This document shows positions 24,101 to 35,982 of a stretch of DNA of 64,000 nucleotides, in pieces. The stretch lies in contig QPMI01000401.1 in the NCBI GenBank assembly GCA_004431415.1, forward strand, positions 186,001 through 250,000, in the 5' to 3' direction. The stretch's first letter is position 1. Each line of letters begins with the position of its first letter. The notes under the pieces were generated by a model, which worked only from the letters and a program-made list of their open reading frames with translations, was not told the DNA's origin and did no database searches. The stretch is from Cyanophora paradoxa CCMP329 (lineage: Eukaryota; Plantae; Glaucophyta). The position numbers and the translations under genes are program-made.

Positions 24101-25752
24101 CGGAGGGCGCCGGCCCTCTCCAGCTCCTCGTGCAGCGGCTCTGCCGGCCCCGGACCCCGACCCGCCCGGGTCAGGTAGGGGGGGGGGGGGGGCGCTTGAG
24201 AGGACGGGGAGGGAGGGTGGCTCGAGGCCATGCGCAGAGCTATAAGCTAGAAACGCCGGTCTTTGGGCGGGAGGCGGGGCGGGGGCGGGGGCGGGCCGCA
24301 TGCGCACGGTGGAGGGCGAGGTGGAGGAGGAGGCGGGCCGGGGCGAGGCGGTACCGGTTCTGCCGCATCGGGTTCCCCAGGTCCTCCAGCACCTAAGCCG
24401 AAACCAAATCAAAGCCGGAATCAATTAGGGAGGGCCCTCTCAGAGGATTGACTTTAAAGGATATTGTATTGCAGGCTAGAAGATTAGAGTTGAAGAGGGT
24501 ATATAATCGCCGCAGCGCCGGCTGGGGCCCCTCCGTAAGATCGAAGCTCAAAGGAAGGATTAAGCTCAAAGAGAGGATTCCAGCGCACGTGCTTGTGGCG
24601 GCCCTGCTGAACGAAGGCCTCCTTGACCGCCGTGCACTGCCGCCCAGCCCAGGGATCAGAGGCCAGAGGCCAGATCCGAGCCAGGCCGAGGCGCCGGCGC
24701 ACGGCGGCGAGGGTGGCGAGGAGGTCGTAGGCCGTCTCCTCGTCCTCGACGTTGGCGGAGCGGCCGCGCCCCTTGCCCCGCGCCCGCTCCCAGAGCGCGT
24801 GCAGGCGTCCCGGGGCCGGGGCGGCCTCGAGGGCGCGGAAGACGCGCTCGGCGGCGGCGGGGGAGGCGGCGGCGGCGGCGGCGAGGGCGGCGACGGCGTG
24901 CGGGGCGGCGTGGGCGGACTCGACGTGCTCGCCCGCCACGTCGACCAGCTGCCGGTGCCGCTCGAAGAGCGCCGGGCCCTCCTGCGCACGCTCGATATCG
25001 GCGGTCGATCCCGAGCGGAACAGGGAACAGGGAAGAGCACCTCGCCGAGGGTGCGGCAGGCGGCCTGGAGCAGCGCGAGCCCCTCCGCAATCGACTTCTC
25101 GTCCATCTGTGGGCGGGGCCCCGCGCGCGCGTTATACACGCGCACTCTGACATCGAAAGGCCTCTAGCTAGATATTGATCTCGCTTCGAATTCGCGATCG
25201 CGCTCGGGCGCCGCGGCGGGGCGGGGCGGACCCTGGAGCGGATGTCGACGATGCCGCCGGCGATGTAGTCGAGGACGCCGTCGCGCAGCAGGCCCCGCGC
25301 CACTCCGCCCGTCCTGTCTGCGCGCCCCAGCTGAGCGCGCGCGCGCGCGCGTGCCGCCGATCCGGCCGGCGCGGGTGCGGGCGGCCGCGGGTTTAGGTCT
25401 CGCACCGCGGTTGATGGCGTCGAGGTTGTGCTTGACCTCCGACTGCAGCGTGGTCAGGCTGCCCCGCCTCGCCTGCAGGAAGGCCAGGCTGCCGCGGCCG
25501 GGTCATCAAATTAAATCAGAGCCGGTCAGATATATATAGAACCTTAAGATCAATAAGAGCGCAGCTGCCGCGAATGCCGCGCGCGGCGCTCGGAGGGGCG
25601 CACGAGGACATTCTCCGCTGCACTTTGACCGAGCCGCGCTTCTCCGGCGGTCCGACGCTTCCCGCATCCGAATCGTCGCCCCGGACTGGTGGCGCGCCGC
25701 TTCTGCCCTGGAGCCCGTACGCATCGCTGGGCGTCCCGCAAGCGCCGCCCAT
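21187..25752 (-). CDS. Large multi-exon protein: N-terminal MGGACG acylation motif, Ala/Leu-rich helical (ARM/HEAT-like) core, Ser/Pro-rich tail
   Basis: Exons MGGACGTPS...VQRRMS|...QSEVKHNLDAINR|...LLRDGVLDYIAGGIVDIRS|MDEKSIAEGLALLQAACRTLGE|...ETAYDLLATLAA|CTAVKEAFVQQG|...ARLLLHLALH|EPLHEELERAGALRAAVLLS|...ADAVYVLATLT...; Pro-rich final exon ends at 21187; exon joins are approximate. Confidence 0.55.
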
Positions 25753-26394
25753 TGCTCCCTACAGCTGCCTCCCCGCCCCCCGCGGGCGCCAGTCAGCGGC
25801 AACGGCCCGCCGCTGCGAAATCGCGTGAAGCTGAAGCCGCAGCTAGCGCTAACGCGTACGCTGCAGCCGCGTACGCGTGGACACCGTGCGGCGGGTCTGT
25901 GCCGCTCTTTAAGATGTAAATAGCTGCAGCCGAGCGGCTGCTGTACGACGGCCTGCACTCCAGTGCAGTCAGACTGCTGCTTGGAAGTCGGAACGTTGAC
26001 GGGCGCGTGCACGTGCTGTTCGGAGCGTGTTCCAGTTTCAAAGCACCAGGGACGCGCGCCCGGTCGCTGAGCAGCACCTAACTGCAGATCAAGATGCGCT
26101 TTGTCGACCCACGACGGCCGAGATGGTCGGAGCTGCCCCCGCGCGGTTCGGGCCTCGAGTTCCGAGTTCCGACTTCGGCAAACTTGGCGCTGGTGGAGGG
26201 GGCGCTGCTTTTAGGGTGCTACTGCAGCTAGGGAGCAGCTTTGCGGCCTGCGCCTGACGCGTACAAGACATATACGGCCGGGCGCGCGCGAACGATGAAC
26301 GATGAGCGGATGGGGGCGAATTGGAGGAGGGGTACACGAATCTAGCTTTGCAATTCGAAATCCAGCAGCCCCGCAGCCGGCGGAGAGCATCGTC

Positions 26395-28918
26395 ATGACT
26401 CTGCCACGCACGGGCGCACCGTCGACGGGGCGATCCCCGGGCCCAATGAAGCGGGCGGCCTCGGCGCTGGAGCCGAACGTTCTGCGCTGGATCGACGACT
26501 TCTGCATGCGCTATGGCAAGCTCTACGCCGTCCACCACTGTGAGCACGACCCCACTCGCCCCCGCCCGACCGCGCGGCGACCGGTCCGCAGGCATCGGCG
26601 GGCGCTTCCAGGCCGTGGTCGCAGACGCCGCGCAGGCGGATTCCATGTACAGGCGGCGCCTGCTCTTTACCATGCTCTACCAGAAGATCGAAAGCGAGGC
26701 CGTGTGGGACGACGATGAGAACGGGCTGGGCACGGCCGAGGACGCCCTGCAGCACTTCGACGCGCTCACGGCGGACGAGAAGCGGCGGGGGCCAGAGTCG
26801 CCCTACAACAACGTCAGGCGCCTGCTCCTCGCGCAGGCGAGCAGCTCCCGCTCCGCTCCTTTCAGCGCCCGGCCGCCGCGCGTACTGATACCACCAGCCC
26901 CGCAGGTCTGCCTGCAGGCCGTCCGGGGAAACAACCCGGACTGGGATCGTTTCAAGGGGCTGGTGGAGCGCCTGCTTCCGGCCGCGCCGCCCTCGCCGAC
27001 GCCGAAGCGCGCGCGCGTGGACGCGGCGGCGGCGGCGGCGTACGCGCGCCTGCGCGACGGCGGCGCGAGCGTGCGGGAGAAGCTCCTGGCGGAGTGGCGC
27101 GAGCGAAGACGGCGCGGCGGGCGGCTGCAGGCCGACCACCCGCTCCTGAGGGACGAGTTCCCGTTCCCCATGTTCCAGATGGCCATCCGAGAGTACCTGG
27201 AGCGCATGTGGGGCGCCCTCCCCCCGCCCTTCCTCGAGTGGGTGAGGGCCGCCCGGCTGCGCGGCGCGAGGCGGCGCGCGGCTGACGTTCGCCCCGCGCC
27301 GCAGCTGTACGCGGAGCGCGAGGCGGGCGGGACCCGGCGGCCCCGCCGCCCCCGGAGGCGCCGGGGCGGGCCGCGGCCGGCCGCGCGCAGGGCACGCCCG
27401 GCGGCGCCTCGTCGCGCCGCGCAGCAGCGGCGCGGCGCCTCGGGCCGCGCGGCAAGCCTCGCAGGCGGCGGCGGCGGCGGCCCCGCCGGTGCGCTCGCCA
27501 AGCCCGTGCTGGACGAAGACGCGGCGGACGAGGAGACGCAGGCACAGGAGGAGGAGGAGGGGGCGAGGAGGCGGCCGGGGAGCGGGCCGGGCGGCGCCAG
27601 ACGCGCGAGGAGGAGCTGCTGCCCATCCGCGGCGACCCCGCCAAGCACGCCGAGATCCTCGAGGACGGCAGGCTGTGCGCCGCGTACCCCCCTTCGCCCC
27701 GCCCCCGCCCCCGCCCGCATGGCCCAACCAGGTGCCGCAGGGCGCGCGTGGGGCTGGCGTGCCTTCGGGAGGCGGCCGTTGCGGGGGGGTACTGCACCGC
27801 CCAGGAGTTCGCGGAGCTCGAGCGGCGGGGCCCCTCCGCGCCGCGCGTCGCCCAGGCCATAGCCGAGACGCTCCGGCGGGACGAGGAGGGCATGAACGCC
27901 GGCGGCGCCCCGCCCGCGCCCGCGCCCGCGCCGGCGCCGGCGCCGGCGAGGAGGGCGGGCCCACCGCCCGCGCCCAGAAGCGGGCGCGGCGAGGCTCGAT
28001 CCCGCGCCCTCATCGACGAGGAGGACGCCACGGGGGACGGGGGAGCGGGGCCCTCTGCCCCGGCCCGCGGAGGTGCCGCCGGTCTGCCCGCCCTCCCAAC
28101 GCCCGCAGCCGCTGCCGCCGCCGCCGCCGACGCGCCGGCGCCCCCGCCCGCGCCTGCCTGCAGGGCCTTCCGCCGCCCCCCGGGACAGCGCCCAGGCAAG
28201 ACCGCTTCGCGCCCTCTCCCGCCGGCAGCTCACCCGGCCCTCGCCGCCCGCCGCAGAAGCCGAGGCCGAAGCGGGGGTCGGCGGCGCCTCCCCAGGACGA
28301 CGAGGAAGAAGAGGACGAGATCGAGGACTCTGAGGACGAGGTGTGTACAGAAACATCCGACGGACGCCCCGCCCTGCCTGGCCCGACCCTCCCGCCCCCC
28401 GCCAGGGCCGCGCCTTCGTGGAGGGAAACCGGCGGATTCAGCGGGCGGAAGAGGGGCGCCGCCAGGCCGACGCGACGCTCCGCCGGGCCCAGGCGCGCAT
28501 TCCTTCGATCCTGTTATCTTGCGTTCTCTTTCTGTTTCTTCTGACGCCCGCGGCGCAGGCGGCGATCGCGGAGGGCAAGAAGCGGGCGGCGGGCTCGCCC
28601 AAGGCCCCCGCCCGGAAGGCCCGCACCCCCTGGGAGGACGTGCGCATAGCCCCCGTCCTCCTCGAGCGCCGCGCCCTTCCAACGAGTAACTTGTACCCCA
28701 GGAGGAGGTGGATGCCCTCAAGGAGGGCGTGAAGATGTTCGGGAAGGGGAACTGGGCCGAGATTCTGAAATGGGGCGGTAACGAATCCCTCGGCAAGGCG
28801 CGTGCCCAAGCCCCCGCCCGCGCGCCGGCCCCGAACCGCCGCGCAGTTCCAGCGTCACCGGTCGGGCGTGGATCTGAAGGACAAGTGGAAGTGGCTGGAG
28901 AAGAAGGGTAAAGTGTAG
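26395..28918 (+). CDS. Telomere-repeat-binding-factor-like protein: TRFH-like N-terminal domain, disordered hinge and C-terminal telobox Myb
   Basis: C-terminus RKARTPWED|EEVDALKEGVKMFGKGNWAEILKWGGNESLGK|FQRHRSGVDLKDKWKWLEK (telobox VDLKDKW); N-terminal helical domain LEPNVLRWIDDF...HPLLRDEFPFPMFQMAIREYLERMWGALPPPFLEW; ATG at 26395 or 26446; apparent frameshifts in the GC-rich middle. Confidence 0.82.
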
Positions 28919-29126
28919 GCCGAAAGTCCTCGAGCCTCCCGCTAGGCGGCGCTAGCTCTTCATTGCAGTTTGATCAGTGTTCAGCGTCCCGATAGGTCGT
29001 ACGGTACTGCATACTGCAGATTGCAGATCGCGCACAACCGCCAACTAATCAAACTCTGCTCTCTCGAAGCGCATATCTATACAGTATCAAGCGAAACGCT
29101 ATGGCTACAGCTCTGGCCTCCCCAGG

Positions 29127-30522
29127 CTAGGCGAGGCCGCGCTTCTGGAGATTCCTGTACCGGTCCTTGATGTCCATGGGCTTCCGGCACGCCCGGAACT
29201 GCGGGGAGGGGGGTCAGTCACGGTCGGGAGCGTGCATGCAGGGTTGCGCTGGGAGGGGGGGGGGGGGGGGGGGGTACCTGGAGGGTCTTGTCCTGGCGCA
29301 TCTGGGCCCAGCGGCCGACGCCGTACCTCCGGATGCCCTCCAACAGGCTCTCGTCCTCAGCCTGCGGGCGGGCCGGGGGCGTGGGAAGGGGTACGGAAAT
29401 GCTAGCGCGAGCGCGGGAGGAATGCCGAGGAACGATGAAGTAGGGTGCGACAAGGGGGAAGGAGGGGGGCACGGCGGGGAGGCGGATTCGGAGGTCTAAA
29501 CAGCGAAGGGGGGTACGGGCGGACCGGCTGCCAGCGGTGCCGCTTGCGGGAGGCCTCGCCCGGGTCTTCCCCGTCCGTCTCCGCCCCCCGCTTGGCGCTC
29601 TCCGGCTCCTGCGCGGCCCCTCAGCGGCGACGTCGGACCCGGGGAGGAGGCGGGGGCGGGGCACCTCGCGCCCGGCCCCCGTGCGCAGGATGGTGCGGGC
29701 CCGCCGCAGGTGGGGCCACCGGTCGGCGCCCAGGCCCGCGCTGTCTCGCGCCCCACGCTCGTCCACTTCTTCGTGCTCCCCATCCGGCGCGTTTGCTGCC
29801 GAGCGCGGTGCTACGGTGAGATTCGAAAAGGGGCGGCAGAAACGCGACGGATCGGAGGCGAACCGTGCTCCTCCTCATCCTCGCCGACCCGGATCGCCTT
29901 CGTCGCCCGCTTCTCGGGGGTCTTCCTCGCGAGCCGCGCCGAGCGGGGCCGCAGAGAGCTCGAGGGGCCCGCCTCTGCGTGCGCGTGCGCGTGTTCCGGC
30001 ACGGCGACGTGTGCCGGCGCAGCGACGGGCACAGCGGTCGGCGCTGAGCTCGAGGGCGCAGCGGCCGCCGGCTTGGCGCGGCTGGCGGCCCGAGTGGAGA
30101 CCCGAGAGGGAGAAGAGAGCGCCTCCGGGGCGGGCTCGGGCGCCCCTGCCCGGCCGCGGCGAGCGGGGCGGCCACTGACAGCTGGCGCGGCCGGAGCGGA
30201 CGGAGGCGGCTCGTTGGGTGCCTGCTGCTCCCTCCGGAGCTGCGATAGCACGGTAAGACACTGGAAAGAGGTTCGGTCGCCTCGCGCACCTCTTCCGCCA
30301 GCGACTGGGCCAGCTCGAGGAGCTCTGGGTTGAACGGTCAGATGTGGGCGCACCGCCCGGCGCCAGCGTCAAGGCGAGTCCACCTGACTTGGAGCGCTGC
30401 AGCTGCGGGTGCTTGCGCAGGAAGTCGCTGACAACGTCGTGGAGGGGCGTGCCTGGAGCGGCTCGTCGCGGCGGCGAAGGTGCCGGCGACCGGGTTCGGC
30501 CGCGGCGAGACGTTGGGGCCAT
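29127..30522 (-). CDS. Second protein with a C-terminal telobox-type Myb domain
   Basis: Spliced C-terminus EASRKRHRWQP|AEDESLLEGIRRYGVGRWAQMRQDKTLQ|FRACRKPMDIKDRYRNLQKRGLA*; N-terminus MAPTSRRGRTRSP... basic and disordered. Confidence 0.75.
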
Positions 30523-30725
30523 AGCGACAAAGCGGCTGCAGCCGGAGGTGCGGCCGGAGATGCAGCAGGAGCAGAACGAAGCCTCAGGTCCGTTTTCGCT
30601 TCCTGTACCCCCTTGCTTTGAATTCGCGGCGAGAACGAGACAGTCCGGGGGCGTCGCGGGACTCGCGGCGAGCCCTGTATAAGCCAGCTGAGCTACGGAG
30701 CGCGGAACTTGTGCGGGAGGCTAGC

Positions 30726-33700
30726 ATGGCGGATGCCGCGCAGCTAGCCCGGACCATGCCGCAGCCTGCTCCGGACGCCGAGGAGGTCCAAGAGTACTCG
30801 GCATCGTCCGCATGGATCCCGCCGCGCTCAGGCGTGCCTCGGGCGCCGGGGCCTCACAAGGTCCCGCTCGCCGGAGAGCCGTTTGTGCCCGAGCGGACGC
30901 CTCAGATCTCATTTGGCGAACCGAAGACCATCACCAACGAGGTGCGTTCGTCGATGACCGCGCCCGCGGCCCGCGATCAATCTCCGACCGCGCCGCATGC
31001 CCAGCTCCATCCGCCCCGCTCGCTCACCCGCCGCGCGCGCAGATGGCGTTCTTCAACGACCATTATCCGATTCCCGTGTCTCACAGGACGCCCGACCTCG
31101 ACAACCGCTACGCGGCGGCCGACGAGGATGACGACGGGGTCGACGAGCGCAACTCGCCGGGCCGGAGGCGCGTGCGGCCGGCGGGGCAGCTGAACCGCGG
31201 GAGCCTGGACTCGGTGCGCATGTCGGCGGACGGCGAGGAGCTCGGCGAGGCGTCCTCGCGGGTCCCGCCGCGCGCCCTCGGCGCTTCCTTCGACGGGACG
31301 TCCGCGGCCGCCGTCGCGGGGCCCTCCCGCTCGGGACAGGTCTCCGCCTCCTGGAACGAGGGCCCCTCCTCGCTCGTCGCCGCCACGCTCCGCCGCCAGT
31401 TCAAGAACCTGATGGACGAAGGTGCGGCTTCCTGGGCAGGCTCCGCGCTTGCGCCCCGCTCACGCCCGCGGCAGTCCTCAGCAAACACGTCGGATCCCTC
31501 CCACCGCTCCAGCCTTTCCCTGCCGCCCCCTCCTCCGCCCCTGCCCCCGCCCCCGCCCCCGCTCCCACCGCGCCCTCCCCTCCGGCCTCCCAGCCCCCGA
31601 CCACGGCCCCCGCCGACCTGCGGGGCGCCCCGTCGACCCCCTCCCAGGCGTCCGTGCCGCGCTCCTCGCGCTCCAGCAGCCCGCAGCGGGCCGCGGCGCC
31701 GGGGCGCTCCCCGGCGCGCTCCGGCTCGCCGCTGGACCAGCGGGAGGCCATCGACCGGCTCGAGGAGGAGCTGAGGGCGCGGCTCTCCTCGGAGCAGGCA
31801 GCCGCCGTTGCCGTCGCCGAGGAGGACGCCCGCGCCGCCCGCGCCCGCGCCCGCGAACTGGAGGTCGCCCTCGACGAGTCCCGCGCCACCGCCGAGCTCC
31901 AGGCTCGCGTACCCCCCTCGCCTCGGCTTTGGATGGCGCGCTTACGGCGTACCCCCCGCAGGAGGCGACGCTGATGGAGGAGCTCGCGAGCCTCCGAAAC
32001 CAGCTCCGCCGGTGTGCCCCGGAGCGCCCTACCCCTCCGCTTCGCTTTGCTGATCGCGTACCCCCGCAGGCTCAAGTCGGGCAGCCCCATCGGGGACCTT
32101 ATGGCCCACTTCGACGCCGACGTCGACCGGCTCCAGAACGAGGTGCGGGGGATGGTAGTGGGGTACAGCTTTGTTTCCGGCCCGGTCGAGCGGGCGGGGC
32201 GAGGGCGCAGGTGCGGCGGCTCACGGAGGAGAACGCAGCCCTGCTCTCGCAGCTGGAGCGGGCGCATCGGCACCCGCCGCCGCCGCCGCAGTCCCCGGGC
32301 GCCTCGCATGCGGCAGCGCAGGCCGACGGCTGTTGCACGCCCGCCGCCGCCGCCGCCGCCACCACCGCCGCCGCCGCTACCGGCGGCAGCCGCAGCCGCG
32401 GGCCGTCGCCCTCGCGGCAGCGCTCGCCGTCCCCAACGAGGACCCGGTCTCCCGAGCGCGCAGCCGCCGGCGAAGGCGCCTCCGCCGGCGAGCTGGCCGC
32501 TCTGTGGCGCCAGGTCGCAGACACGTGCGCCCGGTCCCCTTCCCGGCCTCGTCCGCTCCCCTCACACCCCCGCCCCAGCTGCGTCTGCCGGCACCGCCCC
32601 CCCTCGGCCCTCTTCCGCGCCCTCGCCGCCGCCAACCGCCGGCGCGCAGTACCCCCCTCCCGCTCCACCCCCCCTAACCCCCCCGCAGGGTAGGGGAGCT
32701 GCACGCGGAGCTGAACTCGCTCCGGCGCGTCGAGCGCTCCGACGCCGTGCTGAAGAAGGCCTGGGGCGACACCGCCAAGAGCGCCAAGCGCGCCCAGAGG
32801 TGCGCGCCGCACCCGTTTCTACCCCCGTACCCCCCTCAGAGGGGTACAGGGAGCTTGAGGCGCGGGGCACGGCCATCGTCGAGCGCGACCTGGCGCTCGT
32901 CCAGATGCAGGTCCGGGCCCCCTCCCCGCGCGCCCTTTCGGACCGGGGCTCACGGTCGGCCCGCCAGACGCTGATCAAGGAGGCGGCGCTGCGCGAGTCG
33001 AAGCTGCGCGACGAGAACGCCGAGGTGCGGGCCCCCCGAGGAGCTCCAGGGTCGCCCCGGCCAACTCAATTCCTTTGCCCGGCAGATGGCGGGGGAGCTT
33101 CGGCGCCTGAAGGACGTCCTCGAGCGCCTCGAGGCGCGCCGGCCGCCGCCCCTGCGCCCCCGTGACTTCCAGGCCGCTGAGGCGGGGTGGGCTGGGCGCG
33201 CAGGCGGAGCGCTCGCACGCGGCGCGGTACCTGGGGCGGAGCCAGCGGGCGCTCCAGGAGGTCCACACCGGGGCCGCCCAGGTGCCCCCCGCCCATCCCG
33301 GCCCAGCTCCTAGACCCCAGCCCCTCGCGCCCGCCCCTCTGAGGCCGCGGCAGACGATCGCGGGGCTATTCGAGCGGCTCGACGGCGAGCTCGTCGGCAA
33401 CCTCAACCCCAAGGTGCGCGGGGGCTCGCGGAGGGGCCGGCGGCCGGAAGGGTCTTTCGCGCTCGAGAACTAGAGACCCCGTAGCGGCGTGGCTCGTGAG
33501 GAGTGAGGGCGGCAGCTCGAGATGAAGAGCTGGAGCCGCGGGGCTGGCCGGGGTCGAACCTTCCGGTGCTTGGTGTTCTAACTAGGCAGGGGCGCAGGCC
33601 AAGAACACGCTGCGGCGCCTGCGGGGCGAGTTCGAGGCACTGGAGGGCAACCGGCGCGCCCCGCCCGCCCCGCGCCCGCCCCGCGCCCGCCCTGGCCCTG

Positions 33701-33997
33701 ACGCCCCCCCGCAGGGCGGAGCTGGCCCGCCAGCAGCAGCGCGTCGTCAAGGAGATGATGAAGTGCCCTCCTTGCCCTCCCCTCAAAGCTCCCACACCCC
33801 TTTCTGCGCCCCGGCTGATCTTTCTCGTCTTCCCCCCTTGCTCCAGGTGGGCCTCCGCGTCGCCGCGCGGCGGGGCCGACGACTGCGCGTGCGACGAGAA
33901 GCTCGCGGGCGGGCTCACGCGGCCGGGGCGGCCCGCCGGCCCCGGCGCCGCCGCCCTCGCCGCGATCCAGAACATCCTCATGCCCCAGACGTCCTGA
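30726..33997 (+). CDS. Coiled-coil protein of unknown function, multi-exon
   Basis: Exons MADAAQLAR...TITNE|MAFFNDHYP...|REAIDRLEEELRARL...ELQ|EATLMEELASLRNQL|...DVDRLQNE|VRRLTEENAALLSQLE...|TLIKEAALRESKLRDENAE|MAGELRRLKDVLERLE|...IQNILMPQTS*; heptad pattern. Confidence 0.65.
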
Positions 33998-34098
33998 GGC
34001 CGGGTGCTCTGCGCGGCGGCCCGCCGCTCCTGCGCCCCGCTTTGTAGAATCACGTAGGAGCATGTCTAAGGGAAAGCTCGCTGGCTTCCAGTGCATTC

Positions 34099-35796
34099 TC
34101 AGGGCACAGCGTATCCTAACGTCAACCGCACGGCTCGGGAGAGGCGCGGGTCGGAGCCCACAGCTCGATCTAAAGCCTCCAGCGCCCCAGGGCCCCAGCT
34201 CGGGCCCAGGCCCAGCTCGGGGTCCTCCTCCGCGGGGGTACAAGCCCCGCGGACCGCCATGCGTACCCCCTCAGGCAGCGCGCGCAGCGCCTCCAGCAGC
34301 CCCACGACGGCCTCGTCGTCTGCGCCGGGGGTGCGGAGTCGGCAGGGGCCAGAAAGGGGTACCGCGAGCGCGAGGGGGAACGGGGGTACCCGAAAGCCCG
34401 ACGACGGGCTCCCGCAGGTCCTCTATATCGACGCTGCGGAGCGAGTCCAGGCCTGTGAGGGGTAGACGTCAGCCCCAGATCGAGGTCTGTACCCTGCCAG
34501 CCCCGGGTACCGGAAAGGTGGTGGAGGAGAGCGGTCACCTCGCCAACGTCGCACCCCCGCACCGAGCACCTGGGCGGGCAATCGGGCGGGTACGGATTTT
34601 GGCGAAGGGGGGTACGGATTACGGGGCGCACGTCTGGAGCCCGCCGAGCCAGCCCGGGGGCCACTCGGACCAGTCGAAGGGGAGGCGGCAGCGGTCGAGC
34701 CCGAGCTCCGCGCGGCCGAAGTCGGAGCAGGGGGGTACGAGGACGCGAGGCAGGAGGGCCGACGCCCGAGAGCGCCGGTTCCACGCCGCGCAGGGCTTCT
34801 CGGACGACGAGCGGAGGTCCGATCCCTGGGGAACGGTGATTTCAGAGTCAGAGAAGTGCGTCCGAGGGGGGGGGGGAGTGCGGAGAGGGGGTACCCGAAC
34901 GCGGAGGGAGCGGCAGCGGACGCCGGCCGTGCCGAGGAGGTCGAGGCCGGGCCAGCCCGGGCCGAGATCGTCGTACAGGCCACAGACGCCGTGGAAGGTG
35001 CGGAGCGCCGGGAGGCCCCGGGCCATTTCAAGGAGCTGCTCGGCGGGGACCCAGGCGCCCAAGTGGAGCAGCCGCGGATGGGGCGGGACCTGCGCGGGCG
35101 CCGACGACGGGCGCTGAGCCACAGCGGAGCGGGCGAGCGGGAGGCGGGCGGCTCGCACGTCGGGGAGGCGAGCGACGCGGCCGGGCCCGAAGAGGAGGCG
35201 GAGGTCGCGGAGGCCCGGGGCGTGCCGCGCGACGGCGCAGGCGAGCTGCCGCAGGCGCGCCGCCGCGCCCGCCTCGTCGCCCTCGCCCGCGAGGCGCAGC
35301 GAGAGGCGCGCGAGGCCGCGGGCAGCGCCTCCAGCGCCCCCCGCAGGCGCGAGGCGGACCCTCCGCCGCGCGAGTACGCGGCGAGTCGCAGCGCGTCCGC
35401 CCCGGCGCTCCGGCGGAGCAGCGCGGCCGCGTCGCCGACGGGCAGCGCGCTGCGCATCCGCCGCACGTCGCACTCGTCGAGGTCGTCCCTCGTGCGCCCG
35501 CCGTCGCTGCCGCTGCGCATGCCGCGCTCCTCGGCGACGTCGATGCTGCGAAGAGCGTTCGAACGGAGGCAGGCAAGGACGGCAGAGCCCGCGCACTCGA
35601 TCAGAGGCGACGCGACACCTCTCCAGCTTCTGCATACGCGCTCGACGGCCGGCCAGCTCGCCTCGTGCGGCAGGTGCCTGAACACGAGCCGCAGCAGGTC
35701 ATCAGGCAGCTCAGCTCCAGATGAAACCAGTGTCGATGTTTGTGGCATGCCCCGCGACGAGTGGCGCTCCTCCTCGAGCGACGCCGAATAAGCCAT
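34099..35796 (-). CDS. F-box protein with degenerate leucine-rich-repeat-like body (apparent frameshifts)
   Basis: F-box motif AELPDDLLRLVFRHLP...PAVERVCRSWRGVA; downstream LxxLxL segments (LARLSLRL, LRDLRLLF, LPALRTF). Confidence 0.7.
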
Positions 35797-35982
35797 ATGC
35801 ATGCGCCGCGCTGGGCGCAGCCGCGGTACTCTGCGCGTTTTTCGGGCTCGCCAAGCTGGCGGCGCAGGCCGCACTCTGACAGGGCCGCTGTCAGGGCCGC
35901 ACGCGTTGACAGGGCGATCCAGACGGGTACGGGTACCGACGCAAAGCGAACAAGACTTGCATCCCAAGCCCCGCGCACCACA

